The position numbers and the translations under genes were made by a program. From Eledone cirrhosa (Eukaryota), in assembly GCA_964016885.1 (NCBI GenBank), contig OZ024741.1:30876001-30940000 (forward strand): a stretch of DNA of 64,000 nucleotides, written 5' to 3'. Positions 1 to 12,634 of this stretch are shown here, one piece after another. The notes beneath the pieces were generated by a model that saw only the letters and a program-made list of their open reading frames with translations, was not told the DNA's origin and ran no database searches. Each line of letters begins with the position of its first letter. The first letter of the stretch is position 1.

Positions 1-10
1 ATTTCCTCCG

Positions 11-54
<44 letters not shown>

Positions 55-128
55 ACTTAATACCTACTGGAATATCTATATCATTTATATATATATATAT
101 ATATATATATAGCCTGACATATATATAT

Positions 129-1245
129 AGAAGCCTGACATTCGCAGCAAACGGGGCCCTCTCAAAGGAAACATCAATAACAAGTGGGGTGCCCCAAGGG
201 ACAGTCCTGGGACCACTACTTCTTTTGGTGGTTCTCTCAGACATGACATCTGTAGTACTTACAACAACATCCCTCACTAGCTATGCTGATGACACTAAGG
301 TAGCACAAGCTATAAAGAACCCGTCTGACGCTGCCCTTTTACAACAAGATCTGGATGCCATAAACAAATGGGCGGAAGAAAACAACATGCAGTTTAATGC
401 TGGCAAATTCCAAGCCCTTCAATACAAATCTGAAAACACAAATTTGGTACAACACAGTTACGCAGGACTAGGAGGGACCGATATCCCCGTGTCAAAATCG
501 ATACAAGACCTGGGTATAGACTTTAGCGATGATGCATCTTTTTGCTCACACATCATGAAAGTGGGGACAATGTGCAGACGACTCGCTGGCTGGATCTTGA
601 GGACTTTTTGGACAAGAGACCGAGACACTATGTTGACACTATGGAGGACATTTGTCCTAAGCCGCCGGGACTATTGCTCCCAGTTGTGGTCACCCCATAG
701 TGTCAAACTAACCACGGAGCTTGAGGCAATCCAGCGAAGCTACACCAAGAGGATTGCCACGATGAAGGAGATAAACTACTGGGAGAGGCTAAAAGAACTG
801 AACCTCTACTCCTTGGAACGAAGACGGGAGTGATACGCAGTGATCTACATGTGGAAAATCCTGGAGGGACTAGCACCAAACTTTGGCATTAGGAGCTGGA
901 CCAACCTTCGAACAGGACTTCACTGTGTGGTGCCAAAGGTGCCGTCTTCCACATGTAGAATAAGTAGCAGATATCGTAATAGTCTGGGATTCAAGGGCCC
1001 TCAACTCTTCAACAAGCTGCCGAGGTGTGGAGGTGGATGTCTTCAAGAAACATCTCGAAACCTTGCTATCCAGGATCCCGGATGAGCCCACAGCAAGGCA
1101 CGCGGGAAACCTAAGGGCAGCAGCAACAAACTCCCGCTTACACCAGTGGTCAACCAATGAAGCTGGAGATAAAATGTGTAGCAACAAGAGGGGTGCCCAG
1201 CATGGGCTCAGCCGGATGGCTGGAAGAGGTAATTGAGTAAAAGAG

Positions 1246-1248
<3 letters not shown>
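129..1248 (+). mobile_element. 5'-truncated non-LTR retrotransposon (CR1/L2/Jockey group), RT C-terminal half, decayed
   Basis: ORF 189-833 has GVPQGTVLGPLL, YADDTK, LQQDLD..W, DYCSQLWSP and YWERLKELNLYSLERRR. A premature TGA and a frameshift follow. Both flanks are (TA)n. Confidence 0.85.
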
Positions 1249-1305
<57 letters not shown>

Positions 1306-1425
1306 TTATTTATTTATTAAAATAACAGATTAAAATTTAAGCAAAGAACCGCTGCTTTCACCCTTAACGGGATCTTCTGAAACTTATCGAACCCTCTTTG
1401 GATTTTAGTCTTCACAATTATTATC

Positions 1426-1680
<255 letters not shown>

Positions 1681-2101
1681 GCAGAACCCCTTCTTAATGC
1701 CATTAAGTGTCTCCCCACAAATAAGTATCACATCAATCGAAAGGTGCCCTACCAGACGGTGTGTAATTGTATTTTATAACCCAATTAAGTTGGACAATAT
1801 AATTCTGATTTACCTCAGATCTATTTTGTTTGCGAGATATTATTTTTCTTCTTTTGCCAAGCACTACGTTTAGTAGTGTATTTATTGAGAATATATCATT
1901 TCTACTTAGCTGTAACGATAAACATTGGATACAGTATTATTTATTGACATATCTGACTTTCAAATAAGAAAAAAATCGGCGCCATTATTAAACAGATTGA
2001 ATGAAAACCTGCTTCTGTTATCGTCAGCTTGATTTCAACAAACGAACACATTAAGACTTATATTTTTTCTAAATATATGCACACACGCAAAGGTATACAT
2101 T

Positions 2102-2131
<30 letters not shown>

Positions 2132-2132
<1 letters not shown>

Positions 2133-2216
2133 GTTTTAATATAGATGAGATTATACAGGACTAGAACTGTTTCATTCTTTAGAAATCATCAGGAATCTGG
2201 CTTTCCAAAAATAAAT
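2132..2216 (-). repeat. Short dispersed repeat with a hammerhead-like core (PLE terminal-repeat fragment)
   Basis: Reverse complement of about 20140-20224. Carries CTGATGA-tttctaaagaat-GAAAC. Stem I/III geometry is not clean. Confidence 0.55.
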
Positions 2217-2689
2217 AAACGTTGTGGTATTTATATCTTTTCAGGTGTGCTCATACAACGGAGGACACAAGGGTTGCGACTTTTGTATGTAAGGGAGCTA
2301 CGAATTTTATTCGCCAAGGTCCCGCTACTGAACAAACTCTCTGAACGGTGCCCGAACTGCATGCACAAAAACTTTGCAACTTTCAAATAGCTTAAGCCAG
2401 TGTTAATGCCCGATGGCTAAACACGACTTCCCCCTTTTTTGTTTAACGCCAGCCGACAAAATAGCCCCTCTACATCCTTCCCACCCCACCCCTACCCCTC
2501 CTCAACCTGAAAAACGGCCACTATGGTTATGTAAGTACCTCTTACCTATCTGCATTTTCTGCTTGTAGAGCTGATTTTATGTGCCTGTGTATATGCGTAT
2601 ATTTATGAGTACTTATTTGTATGTATTTGTATGAGTGGCCGTTCGTTTGTATGCATATCGCTGTGTGTAGGTGCGTTCACATGTCATCT

Positions 2690-3346
<657 letters not shown>

Positions 3347-3403
3347 AATCAGGAAAGAAGAGTGACACGGTTTGCTATACAAAAAAAGGTTTTTAATCTT
3401 ATT

Positions 3404-3509
3404 GCTGACAATTGTTTCTCTGAACTGGTAGGTCTAGATATCGCTATCCGCTTATTTTCGCGTTACTCGATCGCCAATAGAAAATTATAACCAGTCAGTT
3501 CATCGGAGC
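3404..3509 (-). ncRNA. Type I hammerhead-like fold with extended stem II and a mutated core
   Basis: Minus strand: gct-CCGATGA-actgactggt...accagttcaga-GAAAC-aatt-GTC-agc. The U4 to C change probably inactivates it. Confidence 0.6.
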
Positions 3510-3991
3510 TTGCGAGAATGAACAGAATATACAGGCGTGAAAAGAATATACAGGCTACTATATGTAGTAGTAATGGCATTCAGTTAGAACAATAACAACA
3601 ATATCAACAATGCTAGCAATAAATTATTTGAAATAATCACAACATCAATCTAGGTGGGAAGTATAGTATATCTATGATTTTAGCATGTAAAACTAGCTGA
3701 CATGAGGCAGATGTATAAAATTGACATGTAAAGACTGTCGTAGGGTGTATTATATCAAGTGTAAAGATAAGCTGGTGTTTTTAAACAATTTAGGTCAGGT
3801 GGCCGTAATAGTCGGTTTTTATCTGACCGATGAAGTATTTATCACTGTAGTAGAATTTGTGTGGTCTATATTAGATGAGAGTTCTGTCTATCTTTTCCAT
3901 CCTCAATAACATACATGTATAAGACAACACTAACAAAGCTAAATAATGGGCAAGTTAATACAGAGGTTATGGAGGTAATATATATATATAT

Positions 3992-4598
3992 GGTGGCTGC
4001 CAACTCGTTTTCGAGTACGGCCACTACTTTATATCCATGTAGGAGAACCCCTACCGATGCGCTGAACGAGTGTGACTTTTTAGTGCAGCCAGCGACTTGA
4101 AAACTCTGGTACAAACACTATACTTGTGACAATTATTGGCACATAGTGCTGGGCCCATGGTATCATGTGACGACAAGTGCAGAGAGATCTCCAGATATAA
4201 AGCAATGCCTGTGCCGTGAAGCTTTTATAGTGAGCAAAGGCACTGCACAAAGCCAGTCCCACTCTCTTAACCAAGATGATATTTACCAAATAGAAGAACA
4301 AGTCAACATCATTGGATACCATCAGGGTTGCAGGTGTTATATCAGAGTTTTCCTTCTCCTAGAATTCTGCCTTGACAAAGGCTAAGGGGTCATCTCTCCC
4401 GGTGATTGTTGATGGCCATTGACTCTTAAGAGCTCCTTTGCCCTTTGACAGGTTTTGATTTTAGTCCTGCAGGATGTCCAAAGTCACCCACCTCACCAAG
4501 AAACCTTGGTGGGGTTGCCAGTTTAGTCGCCAACGACCCGACCATGAGACAGGTTGTACTGGGATACATGTTACCAGTAGCACCAACTGGTGACCTGA
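3992..4598 (-). mobile_element. Non-coding insertion nested in the PLE 3' region, resembling an RTE-clade 5' leader
   Basis: GC-richer block between TA tracts. The minus-strand motifs taaactggcaacccc, aaaacctgtcaaagg, gagtcaatggcca and gaaggaaaactctga recall RTE-type 5' UTRs from memory only, not verified. Confidence 0.35.
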
Positions 4599-6503
4599 CA
4601 TAAATATATATATATACACATATATATACACACAAACACATGCACACAAACATATACATACATATACACACGCAGTCATACAAATACATACATACAAAGA
4701 GAAAACATGCTGACTATAATTATAGCAAGGGGAAGGTAAAGTTCCGTTGTAGTAGTATTTTGAAATGTTCTTGGATTTAGGATCAAGTGATGACAGCAGC
4801 TGAGAAGAGATAAGTTTATGAGGTGATGAGGTACTTACAGACATTAGTGTGGTATAGAACAAAGAAGGCTAGAATGTACTTAATGATTATATTTCTGTGG
4901 TGATTCGTGCACAGTAGTGGGTATCCTAGTTGAAAGCTATGTTACGTGGGTTCGATTCATGGAGGTTTATCTTATGAATTTTGTGGCAATTTTGTGTCTG
5001 CAGAAGATAGATCTTTCTAACTTGTTGTTAAGTAGCCTTTTTACAGTTTTAAGGATATACAGTAGTTTTAGATCATATAGCCCACAGTGGGACATACCTG
5101 TATTGTAGGTTTTAGCAGCCGACAACCTCGACCAGTTGATACTGTAGCTAGTGTTGTTGTCCTTCAGTTCCCATATTTCTTTTTGGCGAGGGTTGTAGAA
5201 CCCATAAGTGTACGATTTTTCATCGAGTGCCTGTGCACATACCATCTTTTTTTAAAAGAACCCGCGGTGGATCCAATGTAATGCCAGGTGGAGTTGTCTG
5301 AGTTGACCGTACACATGTACACTAGGCTCGAATCGAGACATCTATTCGCCAATGGGCACCTATCCGCTAGGTGACAGTCACAGTTTGAGGTGTTATTTCG
5401 TGCAGCTTCTACACTGCTGTTTAGTACTCTGCTATAAGTGGGTTGTGATTCATGCCCGTTGGGATTTTGCTGCTGCGCGCTTGTATGTGCTTGCGGTTGT
5501 GATACTGTGATGTGTTTATGCTTATAATTTGGTGCTATGTTGCGCATATGTGGGGCTGATTCCCTAGAGATATTTCTGTGGTTGATCTTGCGTATGTGCG
5601 ATTCTATATTTGCTGCCGTAGAGTATGAGAGTTTTATAGTATTTCTATTGAGTATTTTATGATATCTATGTGAAATAGGGAAGTGTTTATCTATTAGTTT
5701 AAAGAATGTAGAAGGCAGTCTGGTTTTAACAGAGGAGTTGAAGATTGGGTTGAACCATAGGCATTTTCTTTCTCTGATTCTTCTATTGTTTCTAGGGTTT
5801 ACGTTATTAGTGTTTTGACCGTTCACTCTAGGTGCTACGTGCCCAACCCTATGTCTAGTTCAGTTACTTCTATTTTTGTGTGAGCGGTTGGTATAGTTGC
5901 TATTAGGATTGTTTACGTTGTCTTTATTCGCTATATACTGCAGTTTATCTTTATGTCTGGCCCGACGTAATGCTGCGTTATAATAGTTAGCATGTTCGTT
6001 AAAGATTTATAGGTTTGAGGATAAGCGGGATATTCGAAGGGATATACTACGTGCTATGGATCTGATTATGGATTTGGGGTGGTTTGAGTTATAACTAATG
6101 TAGGCCAGATTTTCATTATTTTTGTGGAAAGGTTCTATTAATTCCGTATTTAGATTTACAGTCACATCTAGAAAGTTTACCTTCTTATGGTTCAGTTCGT
6201 AGGTAATACTTAGGCCTAGTTTTTTGAAGAATGTTCTAATGTTTTTTTCTTAATCTTTCCATGCTCTGGTTGTTAAAGTTCTTAGCTATAAGGAGCGTGT
6301 CGTCTCTATAAATCCCTCCTTGGAGGTTACTGAATTCCTTATGTAGGTTGTGTGCTATGAATAGCCCCACGATGTCTGTGATTTGCGCAGAGTCATTTGA
6401 TCCCATTGTTATATCAAACCTGTTTATCCTATCTCTTCTTACCCAGTAGCTATTTTCAAGTTTTATGATAGTCTTTCTAGCCGCTATTATTATTTCAATT
6501 TCC

Positions 6504-6684
6504 GGTGAATTGGCAGTATCGGTAGAGGGTCGGACGCCATGCTTTCCAGCATAATTAGGTCCCTTTACGATCTGAGTTCAAATCCCGCCGAGGTTGACTT
6601 TGCCTTTCATCCTTACGGGGTGGATAAAATAAAGTACCAGTAATGTACTGGATAATTGCTGGCCTTGTGCCTAACGTAGAAACA
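6504..6684 (+). mobile_element. tRNA-derived SINE, full length, with 18-bp TSD
   Basis: A-box-like tggcagtatcgg and B-box gagttcaaatcc. Core gcctttcatccttacgggg..ataaaataaagtaccag. Exact TSD attattatttcaatttcc at 6486-6503 and 6685-6702. Interrupts the PLE RT. Confidence 0.92.
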
Positions 6685-6860
6685 ATTATTATTTCAATTT
6701 CCTCAGGGGTAAGATCGGAGTTATTTTGGGCAAATATAAGCGCTTTATCTAGGGTGGCTGGGGATATGGATGCATAGTAGTCGTCTATATCAAATTGTAT
6801 GAAGAATATGTATATATATATATGTATATGTGTATATATATATGTAAATATATATATATG

Positions 6861-6915
<55 letters not shown>

Positions 6916-6924
6916 GTATATATG

Positions 6925-6989
<65 letters not shown>

Positions 6990-7026
6990 CTGTGTATATG
7001 TGTGTGTATATATATATATATATGTG

Positions 7027-7058
<32 letters not shown>

Positions 7059-7060
<2 letters not shown>

Positions 7061-9565
7061 GGCCGCCTTAGACTTCGCCGTGACAGTTGCGCCCATTACT
7101 GACCAGGAAAGAAATATCATCCTCCACGCCAGGAAGACAGTCCTACTTTTCGACAACTCCAAATGGATAAAGATAACTCCCGACTCACCCTTCGACGTCA
7201 GCATGGGCGCGACGGATTCGGCTGAGGTCACAGATCTTATAGGATTATTCCTACTAGTTAAACTCACCGATATGTTTCCTGCATTCGGCGGTGGATTGTA
7301 CCGTGATGATGGGCTGCTTACCCTGAAAGGGTACAACCCCAGTAGTACAGACCGGGTCCGTAAACAATTAATCAGCTTCTTCGCGACTGGGGATTTAAAA
7401 TAACCCTACAAACGTCCCTGACCCAAGTAAACTTCCTCGACGTCACCTTTGACCTCGATAATGACCTGTACTACCCATACAGGAAACCCAACGACAACCT
7501 GCATTACATCCACCACCGGTCAAACCATCCTAGGAACATCACCAATAACCTGGTTAAAAACGTCTCCCTCCGCATATCTCGTTTGTCCGGTAATGAGCAG
7601 ATATTCGAGGAACATGCGCCTTATTACAACCAGGCCCTCAAGCGGAGTGGCTTCCGGGAGGAAATACCCTACTGTCCAGCTTCCATTAGCGGAACCAGCA
7701 GGCGACACCGCCGCTCACGCAATGTTACATGGTTCAATCCTCCCCACAACGCCGAGGTGACAAAACCTATCGGGAAAATCTTCTTTAGGCTCATCCAAAA
7801 ACACTTCCCACTACAACACCGCTACCACAACATAATCAACAGAAATACCATCAAACTCTCCTACAGAACCACACCTAACTTTGCACAAAACATCGTCTTC
7901 TCTAACAATAAAAAAACTCAACCCCCTATGGAAGAAATAACCTTAATAGCAGTGGAGAGCCGACCAGGAGGTGCAACTGTCCTGATGGATCAATTTGCCC
8001 CCTCGACAACAGATGCAGAGATCGTAATGTGATCTACCAGTGCAACGTGAGGAAGGACACCTCCAACAAAGCTTATATAGGATTAACCGCATGTGACTTC
8101 AAGACCCGGCTATACCAACACAGACATACTTTCCGAAACCCGGACCGGCGTCACGCCACCACAATTTCGGGCCACATCTGGGACCTCAAAGATAATAATA
8201 TTACCTATGATCTCACTTGGAGCTTACTGTCCAGAGCCAACTCTTACACCGGAGGACGCCGTCCGTGCAATTTATGCTAGGAGGAAACTTTACAAATGCT
8301 GTTTTCGAAGGACCAACTCCTAAACAAGAAAGACGAACTGGTAACTGCATGCAAACACAGAGTGCGTAGGACCTACCTCGCCCTCAAACACCATAATGAC
8401 CCGGGGCGGTAGACAAGGGCTGTAACACCCCACTTGCCGACTTTGTAATGGGTAACCCCTGCTTTGAAAGGTAGACGTAAGATTTTCTCATATCTTTTTA
8501 TCGTTTCCTCTATATTTCCGTCTTGCCCCCATCCCTTCTTAGTCCTTCCACCCCAGTTCTCCCTCTTTGTCGTCGTCCTTTTCACATTGCCGCCCACCCT
8601 GAGGCAGCCGTTCGGTCCTTTGTAGCTTCAGGCCCCCCACCCCCATCCCCTATTCTATGATAGAATTGGCCGACTCCGCTTTTTATAGCAGATGTGATAG
8701 ACCACAGATACTTGCTTTCTTACCCGATGGCTGCCCTATTTCCGAGCTTTCTACTTTTCTTAGTGGTTTCTCTGCTTTAGATTCTCGTATATCAGTATTT
8801 TTTTTTCGGGTCGGGAGGGGGGCGGAGATTCTGAATTATTTGTCCGTATCAAATTTTTCATATATATCGTACGAGCATCTATGTAGTTTGTATTAGAATA
8901 TTTGTATCGTAGCGGCACCCTTATATATAGTATTAGTATTCTTTTTCGGGATTCTGAATTATTATCTCGTATTAGTTTCGGGACTCAGAATTATTATTTC
9001 GTAGTAGTTTCTTTAGTAAGATCGATTCGGTTGATTACTACTAACTCATAAAATTCTCTAACTACAATTCCAACACACCTAGTACTCTTCTCTATAGTTT
9101 AGCAGTACCAGTGAGAGACTTGATGATGGTGGTAAGGGAATAGTAACCAGAAATTGTTTTTCATATTTTTAACATTCTTATTATTCTTCTATATATTTAC
9201 TCCATATTGATTTACTTACTGTTTCTACTTCCTCCTCCTCCCCCTCCCTAGTATACTTTCTTCCCCTCCTACCCTTAGGATACTGCTGTGGTTGGCACTA
9301 TCAACGCACGGCTGGGTTTCCTCGCCTCCCTCTCCATCTTTCTTCTACTGGCAGGTTCAGCTACCCCTTCCTTCCACAAATTGCCATGATAGAATTATGT
9401 GTCTCAACAAGAAACTTTTGACCAATCCTTGTGACAATCACTTTTACCATATATGGAATTACCCCCTGTGAAGCTCGGCTATTCATGTGCCAGGATAAAA
9501 ACGTTCATTTAGTCCAGAATTAGCGTCGAAACGGCTTGAGCTAAGCCATCGGGGTCCTACTCGTT

Positions 9566-9568
<3 letters not shown>
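7059..9568 (+). mobile_element. 5'-truncated Penelope-like element (Naiad-type), decayed RT + GIY-YIG + long 3' region
   Basis: [61 protein letters not shown] and LNKK.EL...CKH, with frameshifts and stops. Hammerhead fold at 9461-9555. Both ends abut (TA)n. Confidence 0.88.
9461..9555 (+). ncRNA. Hammerhead-like fold with a degenerate core in the PLE 3' terminal repeat
   Basis: acccc-CTGTGAA-g..cggcta...tagcgtc-GAAAC-ggct..agcc-ATC-ggggt. A cleaner copy is at 33152-33245. Confidence 0.55.
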
Positions 9569-9606
<38 letters not shown>

Positions 9607-9607
9607 G

Positions 9608-9752
9608 TAATTCTGGACAGAATTAGCCGTCGAAACGGCTTGAGCTCAGCCGTCGGGGTCCTACTCGTTCCTATTACCCACTCTACTACCCTAAGTATTG
9701 AGTACTTGGGTGCGTTATGGTCCACCTGGTTTTCTACCTCATTTCGTTCGTT
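9608..9752 (+). repeat. Short terminal-repeat fragment of the 7059-9568 PLE family
   Basis: Repeats 9515-9566 and continues to ttcgtt-(TA)n. Begins with a tiny foldback (taattctggac / cagaatta). Confidence 0.8.
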
Positions 9753-9904
9753 ATATATATATATATATATATATATATGATATTTGTTTTTGAAATGCGC
9801 ATAATAAAATACTTGGAACTCTTTTAACCATCTTTTGATCTTATATTATATATATATATTTATATGTATATATTTGTGTATATATGTATATGTATCTATC
9901 TATA

Positions 9905-10046
<142 letters not shown>

Positions 10047-10579
10047 TGTGTGTGTGTGTGTGTATTTATATATACATATATATGTGTGTGTATGTATGCA
10101 TATGAATATATATATATATATATATAATAATTAACCCGCGTATATTTAATATTTTACTCTTAATTCAGCCAGAGATTTACATTCCCGATTGCCCTTTAAA
10201 ACGTAACTTTCCGTATTTACTACGGTTATGAGATGCGGTTTGTTATTCGGGTACGACTTCTGTTTTTAGCCTAAGAAAATATCTATATGCGTGTGTAATT
10301 AATACACGCATGCATTTATTTTTTTAATTTCAATTGAGTTCTTAACACGTTGGATTGATAATGTTTTTGAAAAAACTAATTAACCCGCGTGAATATTATT
10401 TTTTCTTTTCTCGTGTATTGGTTATCTCCCCTTCCCGCTTCGTGACGCTATAATACTTCCTCAGTCAAAAACTGCTGGAGTTTCAAATTTGGCGGTCATT
10501 CGATGCGTGAGGGAGCAGCTTAGCAGACACGATTTTTAACTGCGGTAAGAATGTTTTCTTATATCAAAGTTTAATGGGC

Positions 10580-10704
10580 TTCCACTGATGATTTATAAAC
10601 GCCCAGCTAAATATATTCTTACATGAATATATGTTAGGCTTCTACATAAACTGGAAACATTCTCCCAATTTGTAGAAAACTTATAATGAAACAATTGTTT
10701 GGAA
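10580..10704 (+). ncRNA. Type I hammerhead ribozyme with a 96-nt stem II region
   Basis: ttcca-CTGATGA-tttataa..ttataat-GAAAC-aatt-GTT-tggaa. Canonical core, 5-bp stem I and palindromic CAATTG. Confidence 0.75.
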
Positions 10705-10822
10705 AGAGAGATATATTTTAACTTTAATTATATCTCATAAAATAATACAACTGGCTTTCCACAAAATACATATAGTAGCACCCCAAACACTTAAATTGGG
10801 TTTATACTAACATATAACCTAA

Positions 10823-11027
10823 AATATGTAGTTTAGAAAGCCACAACAATGCATATGGGAAATCTCGAGGTAGGAAGTGAGTGAGAAATAGGAGAAAAGT
10901 GGAAAATGAGACAAAAAGGAAAACAAAACTTCCTACCTCGAGATTTCCCATCTGCATTGTTGTGGCTTTCTAAACTACATATTTTACATATTTCACAATG
11001 CTTCAAGCAAACTTTAACACCCTCTTA
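10823..11027. mobile_element. 205-bp foldback insertion with 11-bp TSD
   Basis: atataacctaa at 10812-10822 and 11028-11038. Inverted arms of about 57 bp at 10821-10878 and 10928-10985. Absent from the paralogous site near 12016. Confidence 0.85.
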
Positions 11028-11782
11028 ATATAACCTAATGTTTGTTGAGTGAGCTGGTTACCAGTCAGAGTTTAGCTTTAAGCTATCTCTGTTATTGTAT
11101 TAAATATTTTACTCTTGATTGGCCAGAGGTATTTATTTCCAGGTACCTTATAAATATGACTTTCCGTATTTATTACTGTTGTGCGATATTATGGTTTTTT
11201 GGTTGTCACTTCTCTGTTTTTAGCCTAAGAAAATATATATATGCCTGTGTAAATAATTACATGCATACTTTTATTTTTTTTAAATTAATTGAGTTCTTAA
11301 CACGTGGAATTGAAATTAGTTTTGAAATAACTAATTAACCCACGTATATTTAATATTTTACTCTTAATTCGGCCAGAGATTTACATTCCCTATTGCCCTT
11401 TAAAGCGTAACTTTCCGTATTTACTACGGTTATGAGATGCGGTTTGTTATTCGGGTACGACTTCTGTTTTTAGCCTAAGAAAATATCTATATGCGTGTGA
11501 AATTAATACACGCATGCATTTATTTTTTTAATTTCAATTGAGTTCTTAACACGTTGGATTGATAATGTTTTTGAAAAAACTAATTAACCCGCGTGAATAT
11601 TATTTTTTCTTTTCTCGTGTATTGGTTGTCTCCCCATCCTGCTTCGTGACGCTATAATACTTCCTCAGTCAAAAACAGCTGGAATTTAAATTTGGTGGTC
11701 ATTCGATGCGTGAGGGAGCAGCTTAGCAGACACGATTTTTAACTGCGGTAAGAATTTTTGCTTATATCAAAGTTTAATGGGC

Positions 11783-11907
11783 TTCCACTGATGATTTATA
11801 AACACCCACCTAAATATATTCTTACATGAATATATGTTAGGCTTCTACATAAACTGGAAACATTCTCCCAATTTGTAGAAAACTTATAATGAAACAATTG
11901 TTTGGAA
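11783..11907 (+). ncRNA. Second copy of the extended-stem-II hammerhead
   Basis: Same core and stems as 10580-10704. Confidence 0.75.
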
Positions 11908-12088
11908 AGAGAGATATATTTTAACTTTAATTATATCTCATAAAATAATACAACTGGCTTTCCACAAAATACATATAGTTAGTACCCCAAACACTTAAAT
12001 TGGGTTTATACTAACATATAACCTAATGTTTGTTGAGTGAGTTGGTTACCAGTCAGAGTTTAGCTTTAAGCTATCTCAGTTATTGTAT

Positions 12089-12150
<62 letters not shown>

Positions 12151-12186
12151 TAGATCTTTGTTGGGTTCTTTTCAATAAACAAATAT

Positions 12187-12320
12187 CATTATTTCTGAAG
12201 ACAGCATGTATATGTGAAGGTATGTATATTTACTCTGATATTTTGTAAAAATTTTACATAGATCTATATGATATATATACCAACACATATATATATCCTA
12301 GAAATGATCGTAAAATGATG
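12187..12320 (+). ncRNA. Type I hammerhead fold in the 5' pLTR, 99-nt stem II region
   Basis: cattattt-CTGAAGA-..atgtatatgtg...cacatatatat..-GAAAT-gatc-GTA-aaatgatg, with an 8-bp stem I. The 3' pLTR copy reads GAAAC but has lost the cleavage triplet by a small deletion. Confidence 0.7.
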
Positions 12321-12634
12321 AATGTTTTAATATAAGGAACTTGTTCTATGTTTTTATTCATTGTTTTTATTAATTTGTCGTGACACTGTTTTCCTGGGAT
12401 TTTCATCGAACATTTTTGAATGCATTTTCTCATTTCATGATATTTGGATTACATTGAGTTCTTCATACGGATTGGACACTACCGTATATTTTGGTAGATT
12501 TATCTACATTCTTTGCTCCTAATTTTATACAGGTATTCATATTTTAATATATATATTATATATATATATATAATTTTATAACTCCCTATATATATATAGT
12601 TGTGCTCTCTTTCTTGTCCATTGTCCATATTACA

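Larger units (their letters stand above)
3347..6806 (-). mobile_element. 5'-truncated Penelope-like element (Naiad-type), decayed RT + GIY-YIG, with two nested insertions
   Basis: The minus strand reads [42 protein letters not shown]-x6-CPL-x3-C, LVYMC..YIGST and CRH. A same-sense hammerhead fold lies at 3404-3509 in the presumed 3' terminal repeat. The 3' limit is inferred. Confidence 0.8.
10128..12092 (+). repeat. Tandem hammerhead-bearing repeat (retrozyme- or pLTR-like), period about 1204 bp
   Basis: 10128-10822 recurs near-identically at about 11332-12025, and 11028-11105 recurs at about 12016-12092. There is an internal diverged sub-repeat of about 245 bp. Homologues lie on the minus strand at 27400-27900. 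Confidence 0.85.

Noticed and set aside
6504-6590. tRNA gene
   Set aside because: A and B boxes are present, but they form the head of a multi-copy SINE with TSDs and no full cloverleaf.
9118-9165. Additional hammerhead-like strings here, at about 23500-23550 (-) and at about 32330-32490 (-)
   Set aside because: Only partial cores, and stems I and III could not be paired convincingly.
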